A stretch of 64,000 nt of DNA from assembly GCA_050250895.1 (NCBI GenBank), contig JBFWNU010000003.1:64001-128000 (forward strand), in the 5' to 3' direction. This stretch comes from Vulcanimicrobiota bacterium. GTDB taxonomy: Bacteria; Vulcanimicrobiota; Xenobia; Xenobiales; JADMJV01. This document shows, piece after piece, positions 19,395 through 27,896 of this stretch; position 1 is the first letter of the stretch, and each line of letters starts with the position of its first letter. Made by a program: the position numbers and the translations under genes. The notes under the pieces were generated by a model. The model was given only the letters and a program-made list of their open reading frames with translations. It ran no database searches and was not told the DNA's origin.

Positions 19395-20125
19395 TGCAGC
19401 TGGCTGCCCGAGGCATTCACAAGAATTTCGGAGACCTCGAGGTCCTGCGGGGGGTAGACCTCGAAGTCGCTCAGGGAGAAGTCGTGACGCTGATCGGCCC
19501 CTCGGGCTCGGGCAAGAGCACCCTGCTTCGGTGTTTGAATCTACTCGAGATACCCAATCAGGGCTCGCTTTTTTGGGAAGGCGAACAGTTCGATTTCCGC
19601 ACTTGCAGCGAAGCGGCCCTGGCCCGCCACCGCACGCGGATGGGGATGGTCTTCCAGCACTTTCACCTGTTCCCCCACCTGACTGCCCTCGAGAATGTCA
19701 CCGAGGCGCCCCGCCAGGTGTTGGGATTAACCCGGGAGGAGGCCCGGGGCCGAGCGGCCGAGCTATTGGCTCGAGTGGGTCTGGCCGAAAAAGAATCGGC
19801 CCACCCGTCTCAGTTGTCGGGTGGGCAAAAGCAGCGCGTGGCCATCGCTCGCGCTCTGGCCATGCAGCCAAAGGCGTTACTGCTGGACGAGGTCACCAGC
19901 GCTCTCGATGTCGAGATGGTGGCTGGCATCAATCAGTTGCTGGGCGAGCTGGCCGAATCCATGACCATGGTGGTGGTGACCCACGACCTGGGCTTTGCCA
20001 GTAAGGTGTCCGACCGAATCTGCTTCATGGACAAAGGGAGGCTCCTGGAAACAGGGCCTCCCTCTGAGGTGCTGGACTCGCCAGCCAGCCCGAGAGCTCG
20101 GGAATTCTTGTCGGCTTTGCGCTAA
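19394..20125 (+). CDS. Polar amino-acid ABC transporter ATPase
   Basis: GPSGSGKST, LSGGQKQRVAIARAL, LLDE and VTHD. Confidence 0.93.
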   Translation: MQLAARGIHKNFGDLEVLRGVDLEVAQGEVVTLIGPSGSGKSTLLRCLNLLEIPNQGSLFWEGEQFDFRTCSEAALARHRTRMGMVFQHFHLFPHLTALENVTEAPRQVLGLTREEARGRAAELLARVGLAEKESAHPSQLSGGQKQRVAIARALAMQPKALLLDEVTSALDVEMVAGINQLLGELAESMTMVVVTHDLGFASKVSDRICFMDKGRLLETGPPSEVLDSPASPRAREFLSALR

Positions 20126-20616
20126 GCTGCGTTGGCGCTTGAACAACAGGTCGTCAGACGTTCGTTCATCGCTTCCGGAGTGGTGCCCAGCGCCACGGCC
20201 AATTCTTCGGCCAGCAGGGCCAAAGAACGATCCAGTTGTCTCTGATCGGAGGAGTTTAGGCGGCCCTTCTTTTCTTGTAAGACGGTCAAGCCTTTGACGA
20301 TGTGGGATAGCTCCATGGGGTCGCCGCTCTCGAGTCGTTCTTGATTGCGGCGGTTACGGGTCTTCCACTCCTTGGCCAGATTACCGTCCCACTCCTTGAG
20401 GTGGGTCAGTACCTCGCGGGCCGCGGACTCATCCATGGGGGAGCGGACTTTGTCCGGCAGGTCCCCGATTGGAACCATCATGTCCAACTGTTCTCGTTCG
20501 AAGTACAAAATGGCGAAAGTGATCTTGGAACCTAGCAGCTCCTTGACCTGGATGTCCTGAATGGTTCCGATTCCGTGCAGGGAATGGTGCACGGTATCTC
20601 CCTTGGTGAAATTCAA
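20122..20616 (-). CDS. carD: CarD family transcription factor
   Basis: F.KGD.V...HGIGTI, MVP and W..R.R.NQERL.SGD. TTG start after AGGAG. Confidence 0.85.
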   Translation of the reverse strand: MNFTKGDTVHHSLHGIGTIQDIQVKELLGSKITFAILYFEREQLDMMVPIGDLPDKVRSPMDESAAREVLTHLKEWDGNLAKEWKTRNRRNQERLESGDPMELSHIVKGLTVLQEKKGRLNSSDQRQLDRSLALLAEELAVALGTTPEAMNERLTTCCSSANAA

Positions 20617-20638
20617 ATGTATCTCAGCTCCTTCTAAC

Positions 20639-20818
20639 TTAGTTTCGTCGGGCAGCCCGACGTTTGGCCCTCTCGATGGCCCGCTTGCGTTTCTCGCTAG
20701 GCTTTTCATAGTATGCCCGGCGTTTGATCTCGGCCAGGATCCCGTCGCGTTGACACTGGCGTCGGAAGCGCCGCAACGCCTTTTCGAGGGGTTCTCCTTG
20801 TTCGATTTGGATTTCCAA
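20639..20818 (-). CDS. rpsU: 30S ribosomal protein S21
   Basis: EKALRRFRR...GIL.E.KRR.YYEKPSEKRKR. Confidence 0.93.
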   Translation of the reverse strand: MEIQIEQGEPLEKALRRFRRQCQRDGILAEIKRRAYYEKPSEKRKRAIERAKRRAARRN

Positions 20819-20848
20819 AAACTCACCCTTTCCTTGTGAAGATTGCAT

Positions 20849-20926
20849 AAAAAAACCGGTGGAGTCGTCGCTGGCTCAGGAGGCGGACACAGGTGTGCCC
20901 CCCCAGGCCCTCGATTTTCTCACCGG
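20849..20926 (-). promoter_or_regulatory. Structured 5' leader ending in a U-run upstream of rpsU
   Basis: CCGGTG...CACCGG closes a ~70-nt GC-rich hairpin followed by T7. TATAAT lies just upstream on the minus strand. Confidence 0.45.
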
Positions 20927-20953
20927 ATTTACAATGCCATTATAACTAATATT

Positions 20954-20986
20954 AACATAAATTTGCCTAAACTGCAAATTTATGTT
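20954..20986. promoter_or_regulatory. 13-bp perfect AT-rich inverted repeat (operator candidate)
   Basis: AACATAAATTTGC-N7-GCAAATTTATGTT overlies the -35 region of the rpsU promoter. Confidence 0.55.
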
Positions 20987-21023
20987 TTGGATATCTATGG
21001 CAAATATTTCTTGTTTCTGGTGC

Positions 21024-22307
21024 TCAGCTGCCGGGTTTGGTGTCTCTCCCCACCCAGCGAGGGGAAAGCAACTCTTCCAACCCTTCCTTGAGTTGCGGGT
21101 CGTCGGCGGCCCAAAGTTGAGACAGCGTGCCGGTCACTTCGCGGTCCGGCTCGAGCCCCAGTCCATTGATATCTACATCGCTCGGAGTGCGGTAGTGGGC
21201 TGTGGTCAACTTCAGGGCTGTCCCGTCCCCCAGTTGAACCACCCGCTGGACGGTGGCCTTGCCGAAGCTGCGATGCCCCAACAAGGTCGCCAGGTGATGT
21301 TCGCGCAAGGCGGCCGCAGTGACTTCCGCCGCGCTCGCGGTGTGTTCATTGACCAGCACCACCAGCGGTGCGCGAAAAACCTGGCTGCAATGAAGCGTGT
21401 TGTGATACTCCCGCCGTCCCTCACGATCTACCACCGAGACGACCCGTTGTCCGTCCGGAAGAAGATTCGAGCAAACCTCGACGGCCGATTGCAGATAGCC
21501 GCCGCCATTGTTGCGCAGGTCGAGCACCAGCCCTTCGACGGACTCCTTGCGTAGCTCATCCAGGGCTTTTCGAAATTCTTGGGCGGTTGAAGCTCCGAAG
21601 ACCCGAATGCGCACGTAGCCCAGACGATGCCCGTCGCGTTTCAAGAGGCGATGGTAAACGGTCGGTCGGGTCAAGGGAGCCCTCGTCAGGGTCAACTCTT
21701 TGGTCGCTCCTGCACGGTCGAAGGCGATCGCGACCGGGGTGCCAGGCTCGCCGGCCAGACCGGCCCGAGTCGCTTCGACCCCGATCTCGTTGCAGGCCTG
21801 CGACCCCACGCTCAGGAGCACGTCACCTACCTTCAGTCCAGCTTTGGATGCGGGAGAGTCTTCAAACACATCCAGCACTAGCAGGCCCTGGGGGGCTGAC
21901 TGGTCGGATACCACATAAAGCCCCAGGCCTCCGGCCCGATCGGCCTCGAGCGAACTCAGCAATAGCCGAAACTCGCCCTGATCAAGATAGGCCGTGTACT
22001 GGTCGCCGACGCGGGCTACGGCACCTCGCAAGGCGGCATCGCACAGTTGCGGATGGCGGCGCACCAGTTCCATCACTTGCTGGGCTGGTGTGCCCTGGGA
22101 AGGCTTCCATTCGAGGCCTAGCCGCTCGGCTTCACGCCTGGCGCCCTCGAGGGCCCCGGTCATCAGTTCCCCCTCCTGCAGGCGATTCATGTGACGACTC
22201 TGCAGCAAACGCAGCGTCCGTTCGACCTTTTCGCAAGGTTCGGCCAGACCGGGCAACGTCAACCATAGTAATACCCAGACCATCAACACGCATCGGAAAA
22301 CCTTCAC
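21024..22307 (-). CDS. S41 carboxyl-terminal processing protease with PDZ domain
   Basis: LDLRNNGGGYL, TASAAE, SFGKATVQ and INGLGLEPD; signal peptide. Confidence 0.92.
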   Translation of the reverse strand: MKVFRCVLMVWVLLWLTLPGLAEPCEKVERTLRLLQSRHMNRLQEGELMTGALEGARREAERLGLEWKPSQGTPAQQVMELVRRHPQLCDAALRGAVARVGDQYTAYLDQGEFRLLLSSLEADRAGGLGLYVVSDQSAPQGLLVLDVFEDSPASKAGLKVGDVLLSVGSQACNEIGVEATRAGLAGEPGTPVAIAFDRAGATKELTLTRAPLTRPTVYHRLLKRDGHRLGYVRIRVFGASTAQEFRKALDELRKESVEGLVLDLRNNGGGYLQSAVEVCSNLLPDGQRVVSVVDREGRREYHNTLHCSQVFRAPLVVLVNEHTASAAEVTAAALREHHLATLLGHRSFGKATVQRVVQLGDGTALKLTTAHYRTPSDVDINGLGLEPDREVTGTLSQLWAADDPQLKEGLEELLSPRWVGRDTKPGS

Positions 22308-22447
22308 CCATATACTCCCGCTCCAAAATTAGAGCCCCAAATCGGGGCTCTCTAATGTATTGAGCACGCAACCGCTTGAGCCCTCCCTATTCTTCGGGAA
22401 TTCTTTTCGCGCAGGCTAGCCCGCTCGGCACGCCGAACCAGGCAGCC

Positions 22448-23173
22448 ATGGCTTCAGGCTGGATTCCGCCGGGCTGGGAGTTGCCCGAAGAACTGCGCGA
22501 AAGACTCGGCGATGGGGTAGGTCGTCAGCGCGCCATGCTGGCCAACGAGCACCTGTTGCTGGTGTTGCACGCCCCTCCCGCGCCTGACCAGGACGAACGG
22601 GTGGGCCGGGCCTTCTGGCGGCGCCCCGATGGCAGCTGGAAGGCTAATTTCGGCAAAGGGTTCGAGGGGCTCAAAGCCCACCTCAAGGAATACCAGCAGA
22701 GGATCGACGAACTCGAGAAGATCGAAGCGGCTGCCAGCGACTCTCAGGCTTATTTCCAGGTGATGGCCGCCATCACCCCGGTGCATCGGGCCATCCGCCA
22801 CGGCCACGAGGCCCTGCAACAGGCCCGCGAGTTCGTCTCTAAAGACCGGCGACTGGTCACCGCCCGCGATGACGCCTACGCTCTTGAGCGAGCGGCCGAA
22901 CTGCTTTTAACCGACACGCGCAACTCCTTTGACCTGCACGTGGCCCAGCAGACCGAGGTCATGACGCGTCAGGGCCATGAGTTGGCCGTGTCGGGACATC
23001 GGCTCAACCTGTTGGCCGCCATGTTCTTGCCCATGGCCACACTGGCTTCGGTGCTGGGCATGAACCTCAAGACCGGCCTCGAGAACTCTGACCCCCCCTA
23101 TCTCTTCCTGGCCGCGCTCGGGCTGGGTGCGCTCCTCGGCTTCGTGCTCAAACTCTGGCTCGACCGGCGCTAG
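22448..23173 (+). CDS. CorA-like membrane protein
   Basis: Coiled coil followed by RLNLLAAMFLP...LGMN and a second TM helix. Confidence 0.7.
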   Translation: MASGWIPPGWELPEELRERLGDGVGRQRAMLANEHLLLVLHAPPAPDQDERVGRAFWRRPDGSWKANFGKGFEGLKAHLKEYQQRIDELEKIEAAASDSQAYFQVMAAITPVHRAIRHGHEALQQAREFVSKDRRLVTARDDAYALERAAELLLTDTRNSFDLHVAQQTEVMTRQGHELAVSGHRLNLLAAMFLPMATLASVLGMNLKTGLENSDPPYLFLAALGLGALLGFVLKLWLDRR

Positions 23174-23206
23174 GGGATTCTCAGCGGTGGCGCCGAACGC
23201 CAGCCT

Positions 23207-24205
23207 ATGACCAAATTTGCTTATTTCTGCGGCCACGAGCAGTGGCAACCCGAACAACTCGTCGAGCACGCCAAACTAGCCGAGCAGGCCGGCTTTGACA
23301 TGTGTGTCGTCTCTGAGCACTTTCATCCCTGGGTCGATGACGCCTCGGCGGCAGGTTTCGCCTGGTCGACCATCGGCGCCATGGCCGCCACCACCTCGAA
23401 GCTGGCCTTTTCCACCGGTGTGACCACGCCCTTATGGCGCTACCACCCGGCTCTGGTGGCCCAGGCCTCGGCTACCCTCGATCGGCTCTCGGGCGGTCGT
23501 TTCAACCTGGGAGTGGGCACCGGCGAGAACATCAACGAAGGACCTCTCGGCTACACCTTCCCCAAATACAAGGAGCGCAATGAGCGCATGACCGAAGCCC
23601 TCGAGATCATGCGCCGCCTGCTCGACGGCGAGAAGCTCACCTTCAAAGGCAAGTATTACCAGACCGATAGGGCCAAGCTCTATAGCCCACCCCTGGGCCC
23701 GGTGCCCATCTGGATGGCGGCCGGCGGTCCCAAGTCGGCCGCCCTGGCCGGCCGCATGGCCCAGGGTTTGATCATCTCGGTCAAGGACCCCAAAGCGGCC
23801 ATCGAGGACGTGATCACCCCGGCCCGCCAGGCGGCCGAAGAGGCCGGCAAGCCCCGCCCCAAGGTGATGACTTCGCGCTGGTCGATCTATGCGGCCAATG
23901 ATGACGAAGCGTGGAAAGCCCTTTACTCTTGGCGCGGTCTGCGGGCCCCGGGCCGCCTCGAGGCGGTCGATCCCCAGACGCTGCGCGAGAAGGCCGACGA
24001 GCTTCCCCGCGAAGAGGTGCTGGGCCGCTATTCTCGCTGCCCCAACGCCGAGGAGATCGTGAAGGTCTATGAGCCTCTGGTGAAAGACATCGAGGCCGAC
24101 GTGGTCACGTTGCAGATGGCCGCCGTCGACCAACCCGGCCTGATCAAGCTGCTGGGCGAGAAGGTCCTGCCCGCTCTGCGCGAGATGGCCGCCGCCAAGG
24201 TCTGA
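23207..24205 (+). CDS. LLM-class F420-dependent oxidoreductase (G6PDH-F420 family)
   Basis: HEQ, SEHFHPW, TGVTTP..RYHPA, GVGTGE.INE and AAGGPK. Confidence 0.85.
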   Translation: MTKFAYFCGHEQWQPEQLVEHAKLAEQAGFDMCVVSEHFHPWVDDASAAGFAWSTIGAMAATTSKLAFSTGVTTPLWRYHPALVAQASATLDRLSGGRFNLGVGTGENINEGPLGYTFPKYKERNERMTEALEIMRRLLDGEKLTFKGKYYQTDRAKLYSPPLGPVPIWMAAGGPKSAALAGRMAQGLIISVKDPKAAIEDVITPARQAAEEAGKPRPKVMTSRWSIYAANDDEAWKALYSWRGLRAPGRLEAVDPQTLREKADELPREEVLGRYSRCPNAEEIVKVYEPLVKDIEADVVTLQMAAVDQPGLIKLLGEKVLPALREMAAAKV

Positions 24206-24255
24206 GGCCCGCGGACTAGCCAGGGTTTCCCGACCGCAAGTCGGAAAAAGTCACC

Positions 24256-24930
24256 ATGGAACTTCTGAGACTGGCCGACTTTCGTCCCTCGGCTTCGGCC
24301 GAGACCTTCGCCTGGTCGGGCCCGGGTAAGCTTGTGCCGGTAGGCATCTTCCTGGGGCTGACCGGGTTCTCGGGTTGGCAACTGCTGGCCTCCCAGCGAC
24401 TGGTCGACATGCCCACCTTTGCCTGGTGCCTGATGACCGGCACCTTTGCTCTGTTCTTCTGGGTCGCGCTGGCCCAGGCCCGGGCCGCCTTCGGTCCCAA
24501 TGCCTGGGTGGCGGTGGTCGACCGGGACCGACTCTGGCTCAAGCTGCGCTCGCCTCTCAACGCGCGTCTCGGCCAGCCCGATGATTTCCAGGTCGTATCC
24601 ATTCCGTGGTCAGGGATTGTCTGGTCGCAGCCTGTCCTGGTGCAAACCCTCTCGACCCACGCCCGCGAGAACAAAACCGATACCGCCAATTGCCTCGAAC
24701 TGGGCCTTTCCGAGCCCGATTGCGGCAGGCTGGCCCAGGCCCTGGCCGCCGAGCGAGCCTCGCGCCGCAACACCACCTCCCACGGGCATTCCCCCGTGCA
24801 ACTGATCGAGCCCGAGCGGATTCGCCTCGACCTCTACAGCGTGCCCGGCGGGCCCGCCCGGCTGCAAGCCGCTCTGCCCCCCTCGGTCGCGCGACGCGAT
24901 CCTCGCCACGAGAACATCGATTTGCGCTAG
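24256..24930 (+). CDS. Hypothetical membrane protein
   Basis: Two TM helices plus a soluble domain, in gene order with its neighbours. Confidence 0.55.
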   Translation: MELLRLADFRPSASAETFAWSGPGKLVPVGIFLGLTGFSGWQLLASQRLVDMPTFAWCLMTGTFALFFWVALAQARAAFGPNAWVAVVDRDRLWLKLRSPLNARLGQPDDFQVVSIPWSGIVWSQPVLVQTLSTHARENKTDTANCLELGLSEPDCGRLAQALAAERASRRNTTSHGHSPVQLIEPERIRLDLYSVPGGPARLQAALPPSVARRDPRHENIDLR

Positions 24931-24976
24931 TTCCCTTCGGGGCAGCGGTCCTTGGTCGCTTGAGGAAGTAGCTTGG

Positions 24977-25501
24977 ATGGGACCGAAAGCCGCTCTGGCC
25001 ACCAGCTTCGTTTTCCTGGTCTGCCTGTCACTCTTGCAGAGGCCCCTTTCCCCCTCGGCCTCGCGGACAGATTTGTCGCTGAGCGGGCTCAGGCCGGGCT
25101 CCCGGCTTCGGGATGTTCCCCTCCGCTTCGACTATCGCCGAAGACGCGACCTGTTCGCCACCGACACGCTCGAAGGCCTCTGGTTTGCCGGACAGGTGAA
25201 TCACGAGGACAGGATCGTGTGCCTCGAGAGTTCGCGGCTCGACCTCAACGGGCACACCTTGCAGGCTAACCAATGGACGCTGGCCCGCTTCGAGCACACC
25301 TTCGGTCCACCCGACGAGCGCCAGGGCTTGGCCGGCGCTCGACCCACCCTGTCCTACCGCCGCCTCGGCCTTCAGGTGGTCGGCTCGGCCGGCGGGCCCA
25401 TCCTGCTTTTTCGCCTGCGCAGCCAGGCCCTGTTCGACGTTGGCGCCATAATCGGCGTGCTCGAAGAAGACGACGGCCTCGGGTTTTTCCTGCTCCGTTA
25501 A
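24977..25501 (+). CDS. Hypothetical exported protein
   Basis: N-terminal hydrophobic segment; no recognised family. Confidence 0.45.
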   Translation: MGPKAALATSFVFLVCLSLLQRPLSPSASRTDLSLSGLRPGSRLRDVPLRFDYRRRRDLFATDTLEGLWFAGQVNHEDRIVCLESSRLDLNGHTLQANQWTLARFEHTFGPPDERQGLAGARPTLSYRRLGLQVVGSAGGPILLFRLRSQALFDVGAIIGVLEEDDGLGFFLLR

Positions 25502-25587
25502 GTTCACAATTCGATCGACGGGAGGGCCTGAGCCCATAGAGAAGGGGCACCAATTCCGGTCTTAGCGACCGAAGACTTGGAGCTACA

Positions 25588-25710
25588 ATGGGCCGTCACG
25601 ATCGACTATTCAAGGAGCTGCTCACGCTCTTTCTCTGTGAATTCCTGGAGCTTTTCTTGCCCGACCTGGCCGAGCTGGTCGATCCATCCTCGGTCGGGCG
25701 AGGCAGCTAG
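25588..25710 (+). pseudogene. N-terminal remnant of an Rpn/YhgA-like (PD-(D/E)xK) nuclease or transposase
   Basis: Manual translation MGRHDRLFKELLTLFLCEFLELFLPDLAELVDPSSVGRGS* matches the family's HDRLFKELL..F.EFL.LF.P start. It stops after 40 aa. Confidence 0.7.
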
Positions 25711-26873
25711 CGACTCAGCTTGACCGAGCCGGCCCACTGGTCGGTGCGCCGGCGCATGGGGTTGGCCTCTTCTTCGGGTAGGAAGGTCACCCGGGCGGCG
25801 GTTCTAAAGGAGCGCTCGATCTGGTCGGGGGTGGCCGACTTGCTTTCGAGCAAGAGCGATAGCTCGCTGGCCAGGGTCGTCTTTTGCAGGGCCGGGGCGT
25901 CGGTGCTGAAGGTGTATTCGACCCCGAACTGGTCGAAGAGGTCGAGCAGTTTGCCGTATTCTTCCACCGAGGCCACCGCGCCCGTCAGCAGGTTCGAGAC
26001 CACGCACAGTTCGGCCGCGATGCCGCGTTCGGCCATCAGTTTGAGGCCCCGGTCGTCGCCATTCTCCCAATAGCTGCGGGCCGCCACCAGGGGATGGCCG
26101 ATGCGGTCGGCCTGGAGATTCTCGACCGTGGCCAGGAAGGTCGCGAGGTCGGTGCTGCGAGTCTCGCCGCAGTGAACGGTGCGGCCCACCAGCGGTCCGG
26201 CCAGGCGGTAACACTCGGCCATTTCGCGCATGCGGGCCGGGTCTTTGAGCGGGTTGGCCGATTCGGGACCAGCCAGGTCCAGGCCGACCACGGGCAGGCC
26301 TTCGCTCGACCATAGGGCCACTTTCTCGGCTAGAATGCGGTTCTGTTCATAAGGCAGGTCGCGTCCAAGGCAGACGATGAGACCGGCCCTCAACTGGCCT
26401 TTGTAGGCGGTGCGCACTTCGGTGACCGCCGAGCAGGCAGCCATCATCACGCGGTCGAGGTCCCAGATGCCTCCGCCGTTGCGTTTCATCGGGTTAAAGC
26501 GCAGCTCGAGGGCGCGAATGGGCAGCTGATAGCGAACCGGGGTCACGGCCACTCCCTCGCCGTCGACCCGCTCGGCCCCCTGGGTGCGGGCCGCTCCGTT
26601 GAGGGCGATGAGCACGCTTTCGCGCAGGGCCTGCGGGCCCGATTGGATGCGCTCGGCCACCTCATAAACCTCGAGGTATTGCTCGAGCGAGCCCGAGTTG
26701 TCCTGGCGGCGATGCAGCAAGTTGGCGAATTCGTTGTAGGTGGCCACCGGCAGGCGGATGCCGCGGTCGACGGCCGCTTCGAAGAGGCGGTGGATGGGCA
26801 CCGCCCCGCCCAGATGGACATGCAGTTCGACCACCCCTTCAGGCGGGGCTTCAACCAGGAATGGCGGAGTCAT
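25707..26873 (-). CDS. Adenosine deaminase-like amidohydrolase
   Basis: ELHVHLGG, ELRFNP, GLDLAGPE, HCGE, RIGH, SNL and STD. Confidence 0.85.
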   Translation of the reverse strand: MTPPFLVEAPPEGVVELHVHLGGAVPIHRLFEAAVDRGIRLPVATYNEFANLLHRRQDNSGSLEQYLEVYEVAERIQSGPQALRESVLIALNGAARTQGAERVDGEGVAVTPVRYQLPIRALELRFNPMKRNGGGIWDLDRVMMAACSAVTEVRTAYKGQLRAGLIVCLGRDLPYEQNRILAEKVALWSSEGLPVVGLDLAGPESANPLKDPARMREMAECYRLAGPLVGRTVHCGETRSTDLATFLATVENLQADRIGHPLVAARSYWENGDDRGLKLMAERGIAAELCVVSNLLTGAVASVEEYGKLLDLFDQFGVEYTFSTDAPALQKTTLASELSLLLESKSATPDQIERSFRTAARVTFLPEEEANPMRRRTDQWAGSVKLSR

Positions 26874-26931
26874 GCTGGCGTCGTTCGCTTCGAGCCGAAG
26901 GGAACCTCCCCCTGAAAACGAAGACAAGGGC

Positions 26932-27639
26932 GTGTCTCCACCGCCCCCCATAGGCTGGAGCAGCCCGTCTGATCTCGAGTTGCGCTACACCGGTCAGCTC
27001 AAAGCCGACCTCGACCGTCTGCCCCGCCTGGCCACTTTGATCAAGCAAGAACGAGCCCGCCGCGAAGATCTGGTGCTGCTCGATACCGGAGACTTCTCGG
27101 CTGGTCACGCCATCAGCGACCAGCATGCGGGCAAGCCCGTGGCCGAAGTGATGAACCACCTCGACTACGACGCGGCCGTGCTGGGTCGAGGCGATTGCCA
27201 ATGGGGGGTGGCCGGCTTGCGGCAGTTGGAGCGCACCGCGGGCTTTCCGTTTCTGGCTGCCAATTGGCAGGGGTTTCAGGGGTTTGTGGATCTGAACCGC
27301 TCGGGGGTGAGCCTGCGGGTGGTCGGCCTGGCCTGGCCCGAGCCGCCCCAGGGGGTCGAGGCCATCGAGCCGAAGCTGGCCCTGGCCCGCGCCCTGGAAG
27401 GGTCGAGCGACGATCAGGTGGTGGTGGTATTGTCTCAACTTGGATATCAGCAAGACCGCCAGCTGGCCCTGGGCCACGAGCTGCATGTCTTGTTGGAAGG
27501 GGTTCCCTACGACGGCTTCAGCCAGGTGACCACGGTCAGCGAGACGCTGTTGGTGCCGGCCTGCTCGGGAGCCGGGCACCTGGGCTCTCTGCGGTTGGAG
27601 CTGGCCGGGGGCGTGGGCGACGAGGAGCGAAACGGATGA
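26932..27639 (+). CDS. Degenerate 5'-nucleotidase-type metallophosphoesterase domain
   Basis: LLDTGDF, MN.L.YDA..LG and FPFLAAN are present but the metal ligands are substituted. Start uncertain. Confidence 0.6.
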   Translation: MSPPPPIGWSSPSDLELRYTGQLKADLDRLPRLATLIKQERARREDLVLLDTGDFSAGHAISDQHAGKPVAEVMNHLDYDAAVLGRGDCQWGVAGLRQLERTAGFPFLAANWQGFQGFVDLNRSGVSLRVVGLAWPEPPQGVEAIEPKLALARALEGSSDDQVVVVLSQLGYQQDRQLALGHELHVLLEGVPYDGFSQVTTVSETLLVPACSGAGHLGSLRLELAGGVGDEERNG

Positions 27640-27896
27640 GCGATTGGAAAGAACGCAAGGTGCGCCTGACTCATTATGAGGTCGACCCGGTCAACGGTCC
27701 GGGTCAGATGGTGACCCGACCTTACAACTTGTCAGGCAACCCTTTCGCCGTCTTCTGCTCGAGTAGCGAGTGCGAACACTATTTCGACCGACCCGCCGCC
27801 CTGCCCCATTGGAGCGAGGACTGTCAGGAGTATCTTGGAGTGCTGCGCTGTCCGGCCTGCGGTGAGCCGGTCGTCAAGCCGGCGCCGCCCCGGTGA
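27636..27896 (+). CDS. Small Cys-rich (Zn-ribbon-like) protein
   Basis: ATGA and GTGA overlaps on both sides; CxxxxC...CPAC. Confidence 0.6.
   Translation: MSDWKERKVRLTHYEVDPVNGPGQMVTRPYNLSGNPFAVFCSSSECEHYFDRPAALPHWSEDCQEYLGVLRCPACGEPVVKPAPPR

Noticed and set aside
22331-22351. AGAGCCCC-N5-GGGGCTCT hairpin as a terminator
   Set aside because: It lies between divergent gene starts and has no U-tract; its function is unassignable.
25707-26873. RADAR (RdrB) defence deaminase
   Set aside because: It is too short and has no adjacent RdrA ATPase.
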